DNA from: Macrostomum lignano
Lineage: Eukaryota
Reading direction: 5' to 3'
Assembly (NCBI GenBank): GCA_002269645.1
Contig: NIVC01003273.1
Span: forward strand, 1-64,000
Length of the DNA stretch: 64,000 bases
Shown: positions 50,690 through 63,804 of the stretch, piece by piece
How the letters are laid out: each line of letters begins with the position of its first letter
Numbering within the stretch: position 1 is the stretch's first letter
Made by a program: the position numbers and the translations under genes
The notes under the pieces: model-generated
The model's database searches: none
What the model was told of the DNA's origin: nothing
What the model saw: only the letters and a program-made list of their open reading frames with translations

Positions 50690-52201
50690 ATGCATCGACT
50701 GCAAAATGAATTCAACACACTATTTGAGATGGGCAGTCTGACACAGGAACGCCTGGCTGCTCAGGTAGCTCAGTTGAATAATCTCTGTGAGCGCGAATTG
50801 GCATCGCAACCAACTCGGTTAAAATTCACTGTCCAGCAGATGCCGCCGCATCATCTGAGTCTGCTGTGGAAGGCGCTCGTCCGGATTGAGTGTCGAAAAA
50901 TTGAAGCATCTACTGGTCGAACCTTGTCGATGAGGCTGCTGAGCCTTCGTCAACTGATGTCGCTTCGTAAAGACATGCGATCGTTAAGTCAGTTATCTGT
51001 TGTTGGCGCCAGTGCAGCCTGTGCAGGCGTCAGGACTGGCCCTGAGTCTGAATCCCAGTTTACTGCATCTGTTGTGCTTGGACTGTTACCAGATGATGCC
51101 ACTGAGTTTGCTGCCTCTGCTTCTGCTGCTGCTGCTTCTGCTGACGCTGATGCTTTGAAACCAAGTGCTAAAGGTGAGATGGAAATTTTGATTCCGCCTT
51201 TTACGACTCATGTCGGGAAGTTAATAAGTTCATAATTCGCAAGGGTTGCTTTTGGGTTTTGCCACTCCTGCAAATCAAGGCAGCAGACAGCACATATTCA
51301 CAGCAAGTGAGGAAGACTGTCTCGGACAGGGGTCGCTTAGCCTCTCTAACCTGCCCTCGGGCTCTTTGAAACTTCACAATAACAATTTGGCCCGCTCAAT
51401 TTTTATACTTTTTATCTCTTCTCAGCACTCTTCCTCTCTCCTCTCCTCTCGTCTCTTCTAGTTTTCCCAACCCATGACCTAGGAGGTTGGTCCTCATTGC
51501 ATGTCCGGCCTTAGACTAATTTGGCGGACGAGTTCTAAATTACTGTGGGGATCGCGTCTGGCCGTTTTATAGAGTCAAAAAGCTGCTGGGAGTTGTGACA
51601 CATGATTGCTTTCTTCGTTATTTTACAGTGTAGAAAGTGAAATTACCTAATGCTAAAGCGAGGCGTTAAACACATTTATTTGTTTGTTGTGGAGGACATG
51701 TATAAACAAAAATATAGTGGAAATTCATTTAAGTTTCCTCCTGCTCGGAAACAACCGGGTGCCAATTTGGCGTCCGGGGTCCAAAGTCATCATGCCAAAA
51801 TTCCAATTTGATGTGTCGTCATGACAAGTGCAAGTTGGAGAACTTTCTAATTCTGTCTGGCTATCAATATCGTTGCATTTTCTCCAGCCGCAGACATTGA
51901 AGAGTGCTGCATTTGCATGGACAGGCAGGCTGACGTGCTTCTGCAGTGCGCTCACGCCTATTGTCAAAGCTGCATCCAGCACTGGATTGACGTTGGCCCG
52001 CCTAGACGCGAGACAATTGGCAACCTGCCAATCGCCGGTCGCCAGTCAGATGCCACCTGCCCGATCTGTCGCAGTTTGGTCTCGGCTGACAGCTGGGTCA
52101 TTGCGTCAGCGCCGGATATTGCCAACGATGAAGCTGCCAAGTTGATGCTGGGCGCTGTCGATCGTGCTGGCAATGCTGTGACTAATTATCGACAGCAGTA
52201 G
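50690..52201 (+). CDS. RNF141: RING finger protein 141 homolog; N-terminus possibly incomplete
   Basis: Exons 50690-51173 and 51894-52201, joined in phase 1. GSLT...LN, LWK..VR..C.KI...G, EECCICMDRQAD.LL.CAH.YC..CI..W...CPICR, SWVI..AP. Confidence 0.9.
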
Positions 52202-54197
52202 TAGTGGATTCCACTGTAAGTAGTATCCTTAGCGTTTTTGTGTTTATATGCATTAAAATTGTACACAATGCGTGTAGATAAAATAAAGGAGTGAATTATT
52301 AGAAGCCAGTCAATGGAGAGACGCTGCGCACCCAAAAGGCAAAAGCCGAGCATCGACATCATTGACTAACTGTACCATTTCAATCTCGACAATTTTACCA
52401 AGGACTCCACAACTAGAAGGATCGAAAATCTCGTTCTAGAAAAATTTTAGGAGGCCTAACTTTCATTCATTCAAAAATTCATTTGAAAGCCTAACTTTGC
52501 TTGTGAATTTGTAAAATAGATTTTTATTGGTCAATTTTTATCGATTTTAATGCGGCAAGAAATTAACAAATTTTATTAGGGCTAAGTTTCAAAAATCCCG
52601 CGCATTTCGATGCGAATTTAATGCCTTCAAATAGAAGTTTGTAAATTTCAGTTAATAAAAATCCATTGCATTTTCATTGACTGCTTGTTGAATTATTTTT
52701 TCTAAATATCAATCAGTGTTGCAGTGGGTCTGCAACAGTTTAATAAAAGACTACAGTATAGCCACCTTTATGTCGCTCAGTATTTGTATGATTTTGTCAC
52801 TTTCACACTTACATACCCTATGTGCTTTAATTGCTTAATAGCTGGGTGTTCTTTGATTTTTCTCACTGCATCGCCGCAACTGAGTTCAGTTTCGGCTAGC
52901 TATACCGCTCGCCTATAAATCGGTGTTGTTATGAATTCTAAAATTTTTCTACTTTTGATTTTTCAAGTTAAAGCTTTAAAAAGCAGAATATAAATAAAAT
53001 ATTTCAAGCCCTGTTCTGTCCATTGTTCCGTCATTTATAGCATTATTTATACACCAAATGAGGGCAGTACCTGTCGTGATCGGTTTACACAGTTAATCCA
53101 CATTGATTTACTGTAAAGACATGCCGCTTTGCCTGTGTTTTATTTTGATTGATTGTTTTACTATTTTGTCTAGCTAATCGCTTCAACTCACAAAGATTAT
53201 CCACAGAATCTGTTTGGTAAGGACAGAAGAGAACAGACTGCAGTTGCTTTTTTGATTTATTAATATTCTTGGAACGTAATATACATAACAAAAGACGTCA
53301 TAAATTTTGCTAAAAAGCTTAAATTTTGTAAGAAAAAAGTTTAATAGTTTATAGTTTAATAGTATTTGTTTTTTGTCTATTGGTACAATTACTAGCAACT
53401 GTATAAACTGTGGCAAGGTAGCACTCGAAAGAGGAACTTCAAACGAGTTTGAGCTAAAAGCAGGACCTAGAACAAAAGCATTGATAATATATTTAGATGT
53501 TAAAATGCCAGTTGATAATTCTCATTGGATGTTGCCAATCCATAGCGACAGCTAGCATACACACGTGTTAACCTTATTTAGATTGAAACTAGAAGGTTAT
53601 GGGGCACAGATTAAATACACTCGGAAACGTATATAATTACAATAAGTACAACTTTGATTGCACTCTTATTGTGATTAGCTGTTACAGAAGAGTGTGAGTG
53701 GCTGAGGAAAAATGCATTGGATCTACGAAAGCCCCAATTTTTCAGAGTACTATATTAATAGTTCCCATTGTTTACAACTGTGGCCATGGTGACTAATTGA
53801 ATAGTTGGGAGCTACTGTGGCTGGTTGTTTTTTCTGTCGAGAGTGTTTGGAGAGCCTATCGGAAGCGGGGATCTGAGTTGAAGCAAGCAGGTCCAGATTG
53901 GCTCGACAAGGGCATAGGGAGCTACGTTTTTTCTTCTCCCACAGCTTCTCAACCAGTCACATCATCGGCTAGCCAACTCTCATCCTCATTCCCTCTCCAT
54001 TTCTCTCTGGCGGGATAGGCAAATACTTTGCCTCCTTCCTTTGTCTCAAATCCTTTTAACAGACTAAGAACTTGAATCTGTCAGTCAATAAAGAATCAAT
54101 GGAATCGCTCTGGTAATTTACCGTAAAATCGAGACAAGTCAGATTGTCGAGAATAGATACAGTACAAGGCAATTTTTTGGTTCCTCGCAATATAAAA

Positions 54198-57100
54198 ATG
54201 GCTAGTGGGACGGTCTCTAAGACTGCAAAAGTTCGACTGCGAGCAGCGGAGTTCGCTGCCAACACCAGCGGACACGGCTATAAGAAGCTGCTGCAGCCTA
54301 GCGGTGCTTCCTTTTTGTGGCTGTTTTGCCTTTTAGGCGCCCTGGCTGGTCTCGGATTCCACATCTACCTGTTGGCTTCGCAGTTTTTTGCCTACGACAA
54401 GCGCGTTCTGACGCATCACCGCCTGCAGCCGATGCCCTATCCCAAGGTGGTGCTGTGCCCCACACATTACTGGTCCGACTACCTCCTGTCACAGTCGGGT
54501 GCTGCGGAAATTGTTCGGAAACTGCACGATCGACTATTCAACGATTCTGCCGTGTTTTATGCACCAGGCCAAGAGGCGGAACGCGAGGCAGATGTGGACA
54601 AGATGCTGTTAGACACTTACGCAGAAGGCAAGCTGCCCGAGCTGGACAATGTCACAGCACCATTGGAGTCATTTCTGCTTTCGTGCAGCTTCAATCACGG
54701 TAACTGCAGCGCGGTTAACTTTACCAAAATCCTGTCTGATAGGTACGTTGATTTTTAGCCTGTACATTGTTTCACACTAATGCAGTCCGACGTCGGCTGA
54801 ACGTCGAAGTACACTTAAAAGTACATATCTGTCATCGACGTCGGTAGCTGCTTTTAAGATTTTGAGCTGCTGTTTGTGTCAAAGTCGAAGCAGTTCAGCC
54901 AGGGGCGCCGCCATGGATTTTATGGTGGTGGGGGGGGGGCAATGCCAAGAATTCAACATGTACATGTACATGACTAAATTCCTACATGTCCATTATTTTG
55001 AGAATTGGTGTTGTCAGCGCTCATTTTAGCGCGGCAGGTACTCATTTTGGCCCCATAGGCACTCCTCAGATCCGCAGGCACTCATTTTAGCGCCGCAGGC
55101 AGTGCAGGCACTCATTTTAGCGCCGCAGGCACTCATTTTAGCGCCGCAGGCACTCATTTTAGCGCCGCAGGCACTCATTTTAGCGCTGCAGGCACTCATT
55201 TTAGCGCCGCAGGCACTCATTTTAGCGCCGCAGGCACTCATTTTAGCGCCGCAGGCACTCATTTTAGCGCCGCAGGCACTCATTTTAGCGCCGCAGGCAC
55301 TCATTTTAGCGCCGCAGGCACTCATTTTAGCGCCGCAGGCACTCATTTTAGCGCCGCAGGCACTCATTTTAGCGCCGCAGGCACTCATTTTAGCGCCGCA
55401 GGCACTCATTTTAGCGCCGCAGGCACTCATTTTAGCGCCGCAGGCACTCATTTTAGCGCCGCAGGCACTCATTTTAGCGCCGCAGGCACTCATGTTAGCG
55501 CCGCAGGCACTCATTTTAGCGCCGCAGGCACTCATTTTAGCGCCGCAGGCACTCATTTTAGCGCCGCAGGCACTCATTTTAGCGCCGCAGGCACTCATTT
55601 TAGCGCCGCAGGCACTCATTTTAGCGCCGCAGGCACTCATTTTAGCGCCGCAGGCACTCATTTTAGCGCCGCAGGCACTCATTTTAGCGCCGCAGGCACT
55701 CATTTTAGCGCCGCAGGCTCTCATTTTAGCGCCGCAGGCACTCAGTTTAGCGCCGCAGGCACTCATTTTAGCGCCGCAGGCACTCATTTTAGCGCCGCAG
55801 GCACTCATTTTAGCGCCGCAGGCACTCATTTTAGCGCCGCAGGCACTCATTTTAGCGCCGCAGGCACTCATTTTAGCGCCGCAGGCACTCATTTTAGCGC
55901 CGCAGGCACTCATTTTAGCGCCGCAGGCACTCATTTTAGCGCCGCAGGCACTCATTTTAGCGCCGCAGGCACTCATTTTAGCGCCGCAGGCACTCATTTT
56001 AGCGCCGCAGGCACTCATTTTAGCGCCGCAGGCACTCATGTTAGCGCCGCAGGCACTCATTTTAGCGCCGCAGGCACTCATTTTAGCGCCGCAGGCACTC
56101 ATTTTAGCGCCGCAGGCACTCATTTTAGCGCCGCAGGCACTCATTTTAGCGCCGCAGGCACTCATTTTAGCGCCGCAGGCACTCATTTTAGCGCCGCAGG
56201 CACTCATTTTAGCGCCGCAGGCACTCATTTTAGCGCCGCAGGCACTCATTTTAGCGCCGCAGGCACTCATTTTAGCGCCGCAGGCACTCATTTTAGCGCC
56301 GCAGGCACTCATTTTAGCGCCGCAGGCACTCATTTTAGCGCCGCATGCACTCTTTTTAGCGCCGCAGGCACTCATTTTAGCGCCGCAGGCTCTCATTTTA
56401 GCGCCGCAGGCACTCATTTTAGCGCCGCATGCACTCATTTTAGCGCCGCAGGCACTCATTTTAGCGCCGCATGCACTCTTTTTAGCGCCGCAGGCACTCA
56501 TTTTAGCGCCGCATGGACTCTTTTTAGCGCCACAGGCACTCATTTTAGCACCACAGGCACTCATTTTTGCACCACAGGCACTCATTTTAGCGTCGCAGGC
56601 ACTCATTTTAGCGCCACAGGCACTCATTTTGGCGCCGCAGGCACTCATTTTAGCACCATAGGCACTCATTTTAGCGCCACGGGCACTCATTTTAGTGCCA
56701 AGACACTCATTTTAGTGCCACAGGCACTCATTTTAGTGCCACAACACTCATTTTAGTGCCACAGGCACTCATTTTAGCGCCACGGGCATTTTAGCGCCAC
56801 AGGCATTTTAGCGCCACGGGCATTTTAGCGCCACAGGCATTTTAGCGCCACAGGTACTTATTTTGGCCCCATAGGCACTCCTCTTAGATCCGCAGGAACT
56901 CATTTTAGCGCCGCAGCCACTTATTTTAGCGCCGCATGCACTCATTTTAGCGCCGCAGGCACTTATTTTAGCGCCGCAGGCACTCATTTTAGCGCCGCAG
57001 GCACTCTTTTAGCGCCGCAAGTACTCATTTTGGCGCCCGGAAAAAACTTATTGATTACCACAACGGGTCACAAGGTGGGGTGGGGGGACAAAGCATTAAC

Positions 57101-60100
57101 ATACCCCCATAGCTTTTACTGGTGGGGGACATGTCCATATATCTTTAATAAATGAAAATTTTCAAAAAACTGTCACTGATTCTTTAGGTATGGATTTTGC
57201 TACTTATTCAAACCGACATCGCGAATGATTTACGGTGGCTACGATAGCGGACTGACAATGACACTCGCCTATGAAGGCAGCCAGGAAGCTTACCTAACTC
57301 AGACTCTGCGTTACAGTCGCGGTTACGTCATTCTAGTCAGCGCCTACGACAAGTTCATTAACTTTTTCCGTGCCGCTCCCGTGGCTGCAGCAGTTGGATT
57401 TCGAACGGATATATCGCTGCTGCTCCAGCGTACCAACCGCCTGACTAGTCCAAAAGATCCGTGTAGCAATCGGCATCTGGTATGTTTTTAATAAGGTACA
57501 TGTATAGACGTTTTACATATTGCTGTGGCATGAAGATTCGATCCCAAGGTCACATGTTCTTTCAATGCGAGCAATGCTAGCCTTGACTCTTTACAGCATT
57601 TTTATTCTGTAATCTTAAATCCCATTTTAAATCCCAACAAGAGTCACTGCTAAAGACCTCAGCTTCTCTTTTCGTTTTTTAAGACACGCGATGCATAATG
57701 CCGTTTTATCACAACTCAGAAAGCACTTCCCCATCATAATACCGAATTATTACAAACTGGAAATACCATAACTTCGGAAACCAAAATAGCGTTGGGTGTT
57801 GTTAGCACTTTTGGAGTTGTGATATTTCGGGTTTATGCGCCCACCAAGAGACAGGGGGCGCCCGACAAGAGACAGGGGTGCCTACCAAGAGACAGGGGTG
57901 CCTACCAAGAGACAGGGGTGCCTACCAAGAGACAGGGGTGCCTACCAAGAGACAGGGGTGCCTACCAAGAGACAGGGGTGCCTACCAAGAGACAGGGGTG
58001 CCTACCAAAAGACAGGGGTGCCTACCAAAAGACAGGGGTGCCTACCAAAAGACAGGGGTGCCTACCAAGAGACAGGGGTGCCTACCAAGAGACAGGGGTG
58101 CCTACCAAAAGACAGGGGTGCCTACCAAAAGACAGGGGTGCCTACCAAAAGACAGGGGTGCCTACCAAAAGACAGGGGTGCCTACCAAAAGACAGGGGTG
58201 CCTACCAAAAGACAGGGGTGCCTACCAAAAGACAGGGGTGCCTACCAAAAGACAGGGGTGCCTACCAAAAGACAGGGGTGCCTACCAAGAGACAGGGGTG
58301 CCTACCAAAAGACAGGGGTGCCTACCAAGAGACAGGGGTGCCTACCAAAAGACAGGGGTGCCTACCAAAAGACAGGGGTGCCTACCAAAAGACAGGGGTG
58401 CCTACCAAAAGACAGGGGTGCCTACCAAAAGACAGGGGTGCCTACCAAAAGACAGGGGTGCCTACCAAAAGACAGGGGCGCCCAACAAGAGTCAGGGGCG
58501 CCCTCCAACATACAGGGAGGGGTGCCTACGAAGAGACAGGGGCGCCCACCAAGAGACAAGGGTGCCTACCAAAAGACAGGGGGTGCCTATCAAGAAACAG
58601 GGGCACCCACCAAGAGACAAGTAGGTGCGCCCACCAAGGCACCACATATTGGCGCCTGTTTTGGCTGCAGCCATTTCATTTAACATTGCTACATAAGCAA
58701 CTAATACGAACTAACTGGAGATCTTTTCTTCCCTATAGTGTGTAAAGTAACCAGCTTTCATTTTACTGAGCAGATCGATTGTTGCCAACGACTCCAAACA
58801 GTGCACGCTGCCTTCTCCTTCCTACAGCCTCGTTTACCTGCTGCTCACGTTTGCAAAGCTTTTTTAGACCAAAAAACCCTCAGGCAGGCAGGCACCAAGG
58901 CCTAACTGATTGTTTATGCAGCGCAGGCTGATGGCTTCTCATAATTGCTTCGACTTCTAATTCCGTTTTTACGAGGGTACTGGAAATAAATGAGCCGTCT
59001 TTAAATAAGACTTGGCCTACCTCAAAGACCATCTTTGAAAGGACGCTCATGTGCCATTTTTTGGACGCTCAGTACTGTTTTTTTTAAAAAGGCTTGGATG
59101 CACAGTTACATTAAGTGTAGGTCGGAAGTACGAGTATTACGAAGTATTTCGGGCCAAAATATTATATGAGACACTGGTAATATCGCTTCTGAATAGACTT
59201 CCTAATACTGCGGTTGTACTGGCTTTATATCAAAATTCAACCTGAAACCGATCCCCATGTCTTAAGCAGGCACAAGCTACTTATACCTATCTCGCACAAC
59301 CAACCCGATAGGTCGTTAATCAAATCGCCTCCCCGACCGAGTTCGACTTTGATATCGTGAACTGCGTCGACATGTCGTTAAGTCAGAGCGTCTACAAGCT
59401 CTGCGGCTGCGTCTCCGACCTGCTGCCAGTGCCGCCGAACCTGATGTCCGCTCCGCGCTGCATGCGGCTGGACTGGAACCGCACCGGAAGCTCCAACAAT
59501 ATCGCCATCGGCAATCTGAGCGAAGTTTTTATCCATCGCAACTGTCAGAATGCCATCCTGCGAAGCTACGAAGATCTAAGCGTGTACGGCGAGCACGTCA
59601 ACAGCTGTCAGAAGGCCTGCCGGGAGGACAGCATCGTGACTCACGCTTCGCTAGGTCTGCTACCTACTAGCTCTACTTGGTCGAGAGATATCGAACGCCT
59701 TCTAGCAAGTCGATGGCAGGCAACTTCAGCCAAGCCGTCGTACCTGCCGGCGCTGTTGAACACGAGTACCGGCTCCCTTCTGCCCGGAATTAGCCCCGAG
59801 AAGCATGTTGTACAGTTGAGCGTCTTCTTTGCCTCGTCAACCATGGTCGTGTTTGAAGAGGACTGGCAATATCCCACAGAGAGCTTCCTGTCGGAAGGAG
59901 GCGGGACGCTCGGTAAGGTTCCTTTAGGTCTCTGAGACTCTACACCACAGGGATCCACTAAATGTGCATTTGTTGCGACAAGGCACATTTCTCTTAAATA
60001 TCTTTATCTATAAATAGAGCGATTTTAGTAAGATAGACCCCGTTTGGGCCAGCTCGTTGTAGCCACCTTTTAGCAGCAGCAAAACAGTCACAGGGACCTC

Positions 60101-60631
60101 TGTTGCTAGCTCGTAACTGCTAAGTTACCAGTTGCTCATGAAATCTTTCCTGCTGCCATCGCTTTTGTAGCTAGCTGGTAGAAGATACACATGGTAGAAA
60201 ATTTTCTGCAAGCAAAACATATGTAGCCGTAAAATCTCGACAGGGTTGATCTCGGTGCGGTGTTTACCAATCTGAACTTCTGTAGCAAAAGCTGACGCAC
60301 GATTTAAGCTCCAGTTTTTGTAATTTTTTCAGGTTTATGGATGGGAGCATCGGTCCTCACTGTCATGGAGGTTATTGAGCTGCTCGGCTCAATGGTATTC
60401 CTTGTTGTTTCAAAGCGCAAAGTCGATGCAGCTGACCGTGACACAGTCAGTCAGAAGGCCTCCTCCCTGGCAACAGCTAGCGATCGAGGACAGTCAGGCT
60501 CCATGATTCAGGTTCGACCTGCAGCCGAGAAGAAGGAAATCGTTGCGGAAAGAAGTTTTGGGACGCGTACAGAAACCCTTGATGCTGCACGGCCTCATAG
60601 TGCCACTTTGACGTCCATTTTCACCTACTGA
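54198..60631 (+). CDS. DEG/ENaC/ASIC-family ion channel, 578 aa, 4 exons
   Basis: Exons 54198-54742, 57188-57479, 59312-59912, 60333-60631 total 1737 nt with consistent phases. TSGHG pre-TM1, TM1, YGFCYLF, GLTMTL, Cys-rich thumb, and TM2 SEGGGTLGLWMGASVLTVME. Confidence 0.93.
55016..57035. repeat. 21-bp satellite array (about 96 copies) in channel intron 1
   Basis: Unit GCACTCATTTTAGCGCCGCAG; homogeneous centre with diverged edges. Confidence 0.98.
57835..58630. repeat. 21-bp satellite array (about 35 copies) in channel intron 2
   Basis: Unit CCAA(G/A)AGACAGGGGTGCCTA. Confidence 0.97.
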
Positions 60632-60652
60632 TAAAGTGACACGAAATATACA

Positions 60653-61239
60653 CGTAGGCAGGAATTTCAATTGGGGGGGGGGGGGGGGTTGGCTTGGCTG
60701 GCCATGCCTTATGTCATTGCCAATTTTGGCGCCGCAGGCACTCTTTTTGGCGCCACAGGCACTCATTTTGGCGCCGGAGGCACTCTTTTTGGCGCCGGAG
60801 GCACTCATTTTAGCGCCGCAGGCACTTAGTTTAGCGCCGCAGGCTCTCATTTTAGCGCCGCAGGCACTCAGTTTAGCGCCGCAGGCACTTTTTTAAGCGC
60901 CGCAGGAACTCAGTTTAGCGCCGCAGGCACTCTTTTAAGCGCCGCAGGCACTCAGTTTTGCGCCGCAGGCTCTCATTTTAGCGCCGCAGGCTCTCATTTT
61001 AGCGCCGCAGGCACTCAGTTTAGCGCCGCAGGCACTTTTTTAAGCGCCGCAGGCACTCAGTTTAGCGCCGCAGGCACTCTTTTAAGCGCCGCAGGCACTC
61101 AGTTTAGCGCCGCAGGCTCTCATTTTAGCGCCGCAGGCACTCAATTGCCTCATGGTTTTTGGTACCCGCCGCGCCCAACCCCACCCCCCCCAGGAGATTG
61201 GGGGGGGGGAGCCCGCCCCCCCCTCTGGCTACGCCACTT
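60653..61239. mobile_element. hAT-like MITE carrying about 20 copies of the GCACTCATTTTAGCGCCGCAG repeat
   Basis: Left end CGTAGGCAGG plus a G-tract, right end CTGGCTACGCCACTT; AATATACA direct repeat at 60645-60652 and 61240-61247; array at about 60720-61143. Confidence 0.6.
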
Positions 61240-63224
61240 AATATACATGTACAAGACTATAAAAGATTACGCTTTATGCTATTCTTATTTTAATCAGAAC
61301 GTAAATATTTCCTACACAAATTTATAGTCAAGTTATATTACAGCTCGTACTACATGTACCTTTAATTTAAAGGTGACGGATTGGATCAGCCTGACACAGT
61401 GTAAAACAATCCGACTTCCATTGACATGACATGGCTTGGTAGAACTGCAGAGGTTCGTGTACGTACGTACAAATTTTTTTCAGAAATTATATATTTTTCA
61501 GATATTATTTTCGATATGTAGACAATATATTCAAAACTGTTATTTAACTGTCGATAATTTTATTATAATTTATTAAGGAGCAATGACCTTCTTTCTTTTT
61601 CTGTGTAACTTGCATTGTTATTATATTACTTATATATTACTTATTACATCACAAAAGTGCATATAATAACAAAATATAGTTTCTTCCTAAAACAATGTAC
61701 GCCAGTAAATTTCGATTCATAATACGTCAACTTGAGATAATTTTGCAGTAGTTTAAAAATCAAATGTTTATCTAAATAAATTTATATTTCAGCTGGAGTC
61801 TGCACGCACACCTACTTCGATGGGCACATTAAGTAGAAGAATGCTGCGCTGGTAGTAGGAACCAATGTATACTTATTAGCAGTTATAACTCTCCTTCCAA
61901 ACGAACATGTACATGTACATTTTTCACGCTAGTCTTTCTTGGAAAAGAAAATTTACCGTTACATCTAGTTACAGTAGATGGATTTACTGCGTTGGTTTGC
62001 AGTTTTTTTAGACTTCCAGTAAGGCGACGTTCAAATAAGAAGTTCCTTGTTCCTTGATGGTAATTGATGTACCTGACATGGTAGACATGCGATGTACTGT
62101 AGCTACAATATTTCATGTAAAGTTTTTTAAACCGATAGCTGATACTTTTGTGATTTGGTTTCTCACTATTAAAAATCTAGCTATAGCTAGTTAAAAGCCT
62201 GCCATTATAATAGGACGTCGGTAATCAGTAATTTGAATCAGTAATATGTTGAAAATGGCACCTAATAATCATAACGTAACCATAATCATAATAATCATAC
62301 CACAGTAAATCACATAGCTGGAATATAAAATAATAGACTTAATGATTAGAAACTGTTTTTTTCTCCAGCTTTCTATAAACTAATTGCAATTCTAGATGCA
62401 AAAATTTTATGCTAATTTGGCGCATGCAGTGCAAAAAGCTGGTAAGAAACCAAAATAGAAACAAGCAACAACGAGTGGCAGGAATAATACAGAAAGTGGA
62501 AAATTTTCAGTCTGCTGGCCCTATACTGAAGACTTGGCCATTGCCTCTCAATTAATAATTCAATGCTTCATCTTGCCATTGGCACAGAAATGCAGGCTCG
62601 CGCAAACAGCGGCTCCCTCCGGTCTGGAGTTGATTGTTCTTTGAATGATTTTATTCCCACATCTGGCATTCATTTCCCCTGGCAACTCAACAAGTGCACT
62701 TCTCAAATGCGTATTGCTTTAGCTTACACACACAAGCATAATTATATACTGCGTGTGTATATACCAGATTTACACGCTGGTTTTAATGAATAAGTTCACA
62801 TTCGACAAGAATTAAAAGACGCATTACTCGTAGTAGTGCCGTACGTACATTCCTATGTGAAGATTCTGGCACCTGAAACTGGACTGCCTATACATGTACT
62901 TGTAGAAGAGATGAGATTCTATATAGAAAATCTATGAAATCTGTCAATTTCTTCGGGTAGGTCAGGGGGAGATCGAATTGCATCTGAGACTTTAATTAAG
63001 CTATCATCTATTTTCTACGATTCCACAGTCCGCACAGCACTTGAGCAAGAGAAATTAGGTTTACCTCTATCGAATTCCAATTTCCGCGGTATAGTGTATT
63101 AATTCTCTTCTGCATTGCATGGCTTCAACAAACAATCAATCCATTCGGACATTGTAATAGCAAGAAGCAGGATGTACTTTTGATTTCGTCTGTATCTTAA
63201 TGTGTTACTTTATAGTATTTCAAA

Positions 63225-63275
63225 GGTAGGGTTTTAGCCTAGTGGTTAGAGCGTCGGACTCACGACTCACGGCCA
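63225..63275 (+). mobile_element. Possible tRNA-derived SINE head fragment
   Basis: TAGCCTAGTGGTTAGAGCGTCGGACTC resembles an A box and D arm; no B box. Confidence 0.3.
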
Positions 63276-63474
63276 CCTGAACTCCGTAAATTTCAAAATG
63301 CGTCCAAGCCAACTTCGATCACCTACATGTATTCTTACATCCACACGTAGCTCCGCGTTTGCTGACCGAGTTAGAGCGTTTCGAGGAGGTTTAGTTATTG
63401 AGTCTTTTTGCGGTTCTTTCGTGCGGGTTGCCTCGCCTAAATCGTCCTAAATCCGGAATGAGTAGTGGCTGCTG

Positions 63475-63804
63475 GGTTCCAGGGCATTTCGTCAACCGGC
63501 ATTTTGTCATCTGGTATTTTGTCAACCAGACATATTTAAGTTTAGGTTTTAATTTTTATCATAGAAAATATTGGAAACCATGTGCATGGTATTCAGGTAC
63601 CATGGTACGAGTATTGCGACACCATTGAGGACCGAACGTTTGTGCGAAAATTAACTTCCAAGAAGTGTTAAACAAATTTTGACATCGCATTACTACTTCT
63701 CACATTCTCTGGCTGCTGGTGCAGCTATAATAATCAGCTACAGTTTGCTGAGTTGCCATAATGTCTGGTTGACGAAATGCCGGTTGACGAAATGTCCGGT
63801 CACC
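63475..63804. mobile_element. MITE with repeat-containing TIRs (Merlin-like is a guess)
   Basis: 15-bp subrepeats CATTTCGTCAACCGG in inverted orientation at both ends; GCTGCTG direct repeat flanks. Confidence 0.65.

Noticed and set aside
55026-56690. 554-aa (MSACGAK)n and 519-aa (QALILAP)n ORFs
   Set aside because: They are a by-product of a stop-free 21-bp unit lying inside an intron whose flanking exons splice in phase.
57792-58745. Three overlapping ORFs of 248-317 aa
   Set aside because: They are translations of the 21-bp intronic satellite, open in all three frames.
59270-59311. Premature TAG in the channel gene if the acceptor at 59269 is used
   Set aside because: The TAG itself provides an in-phase acceptor (GATAG|GTC) that yields an intact protein.
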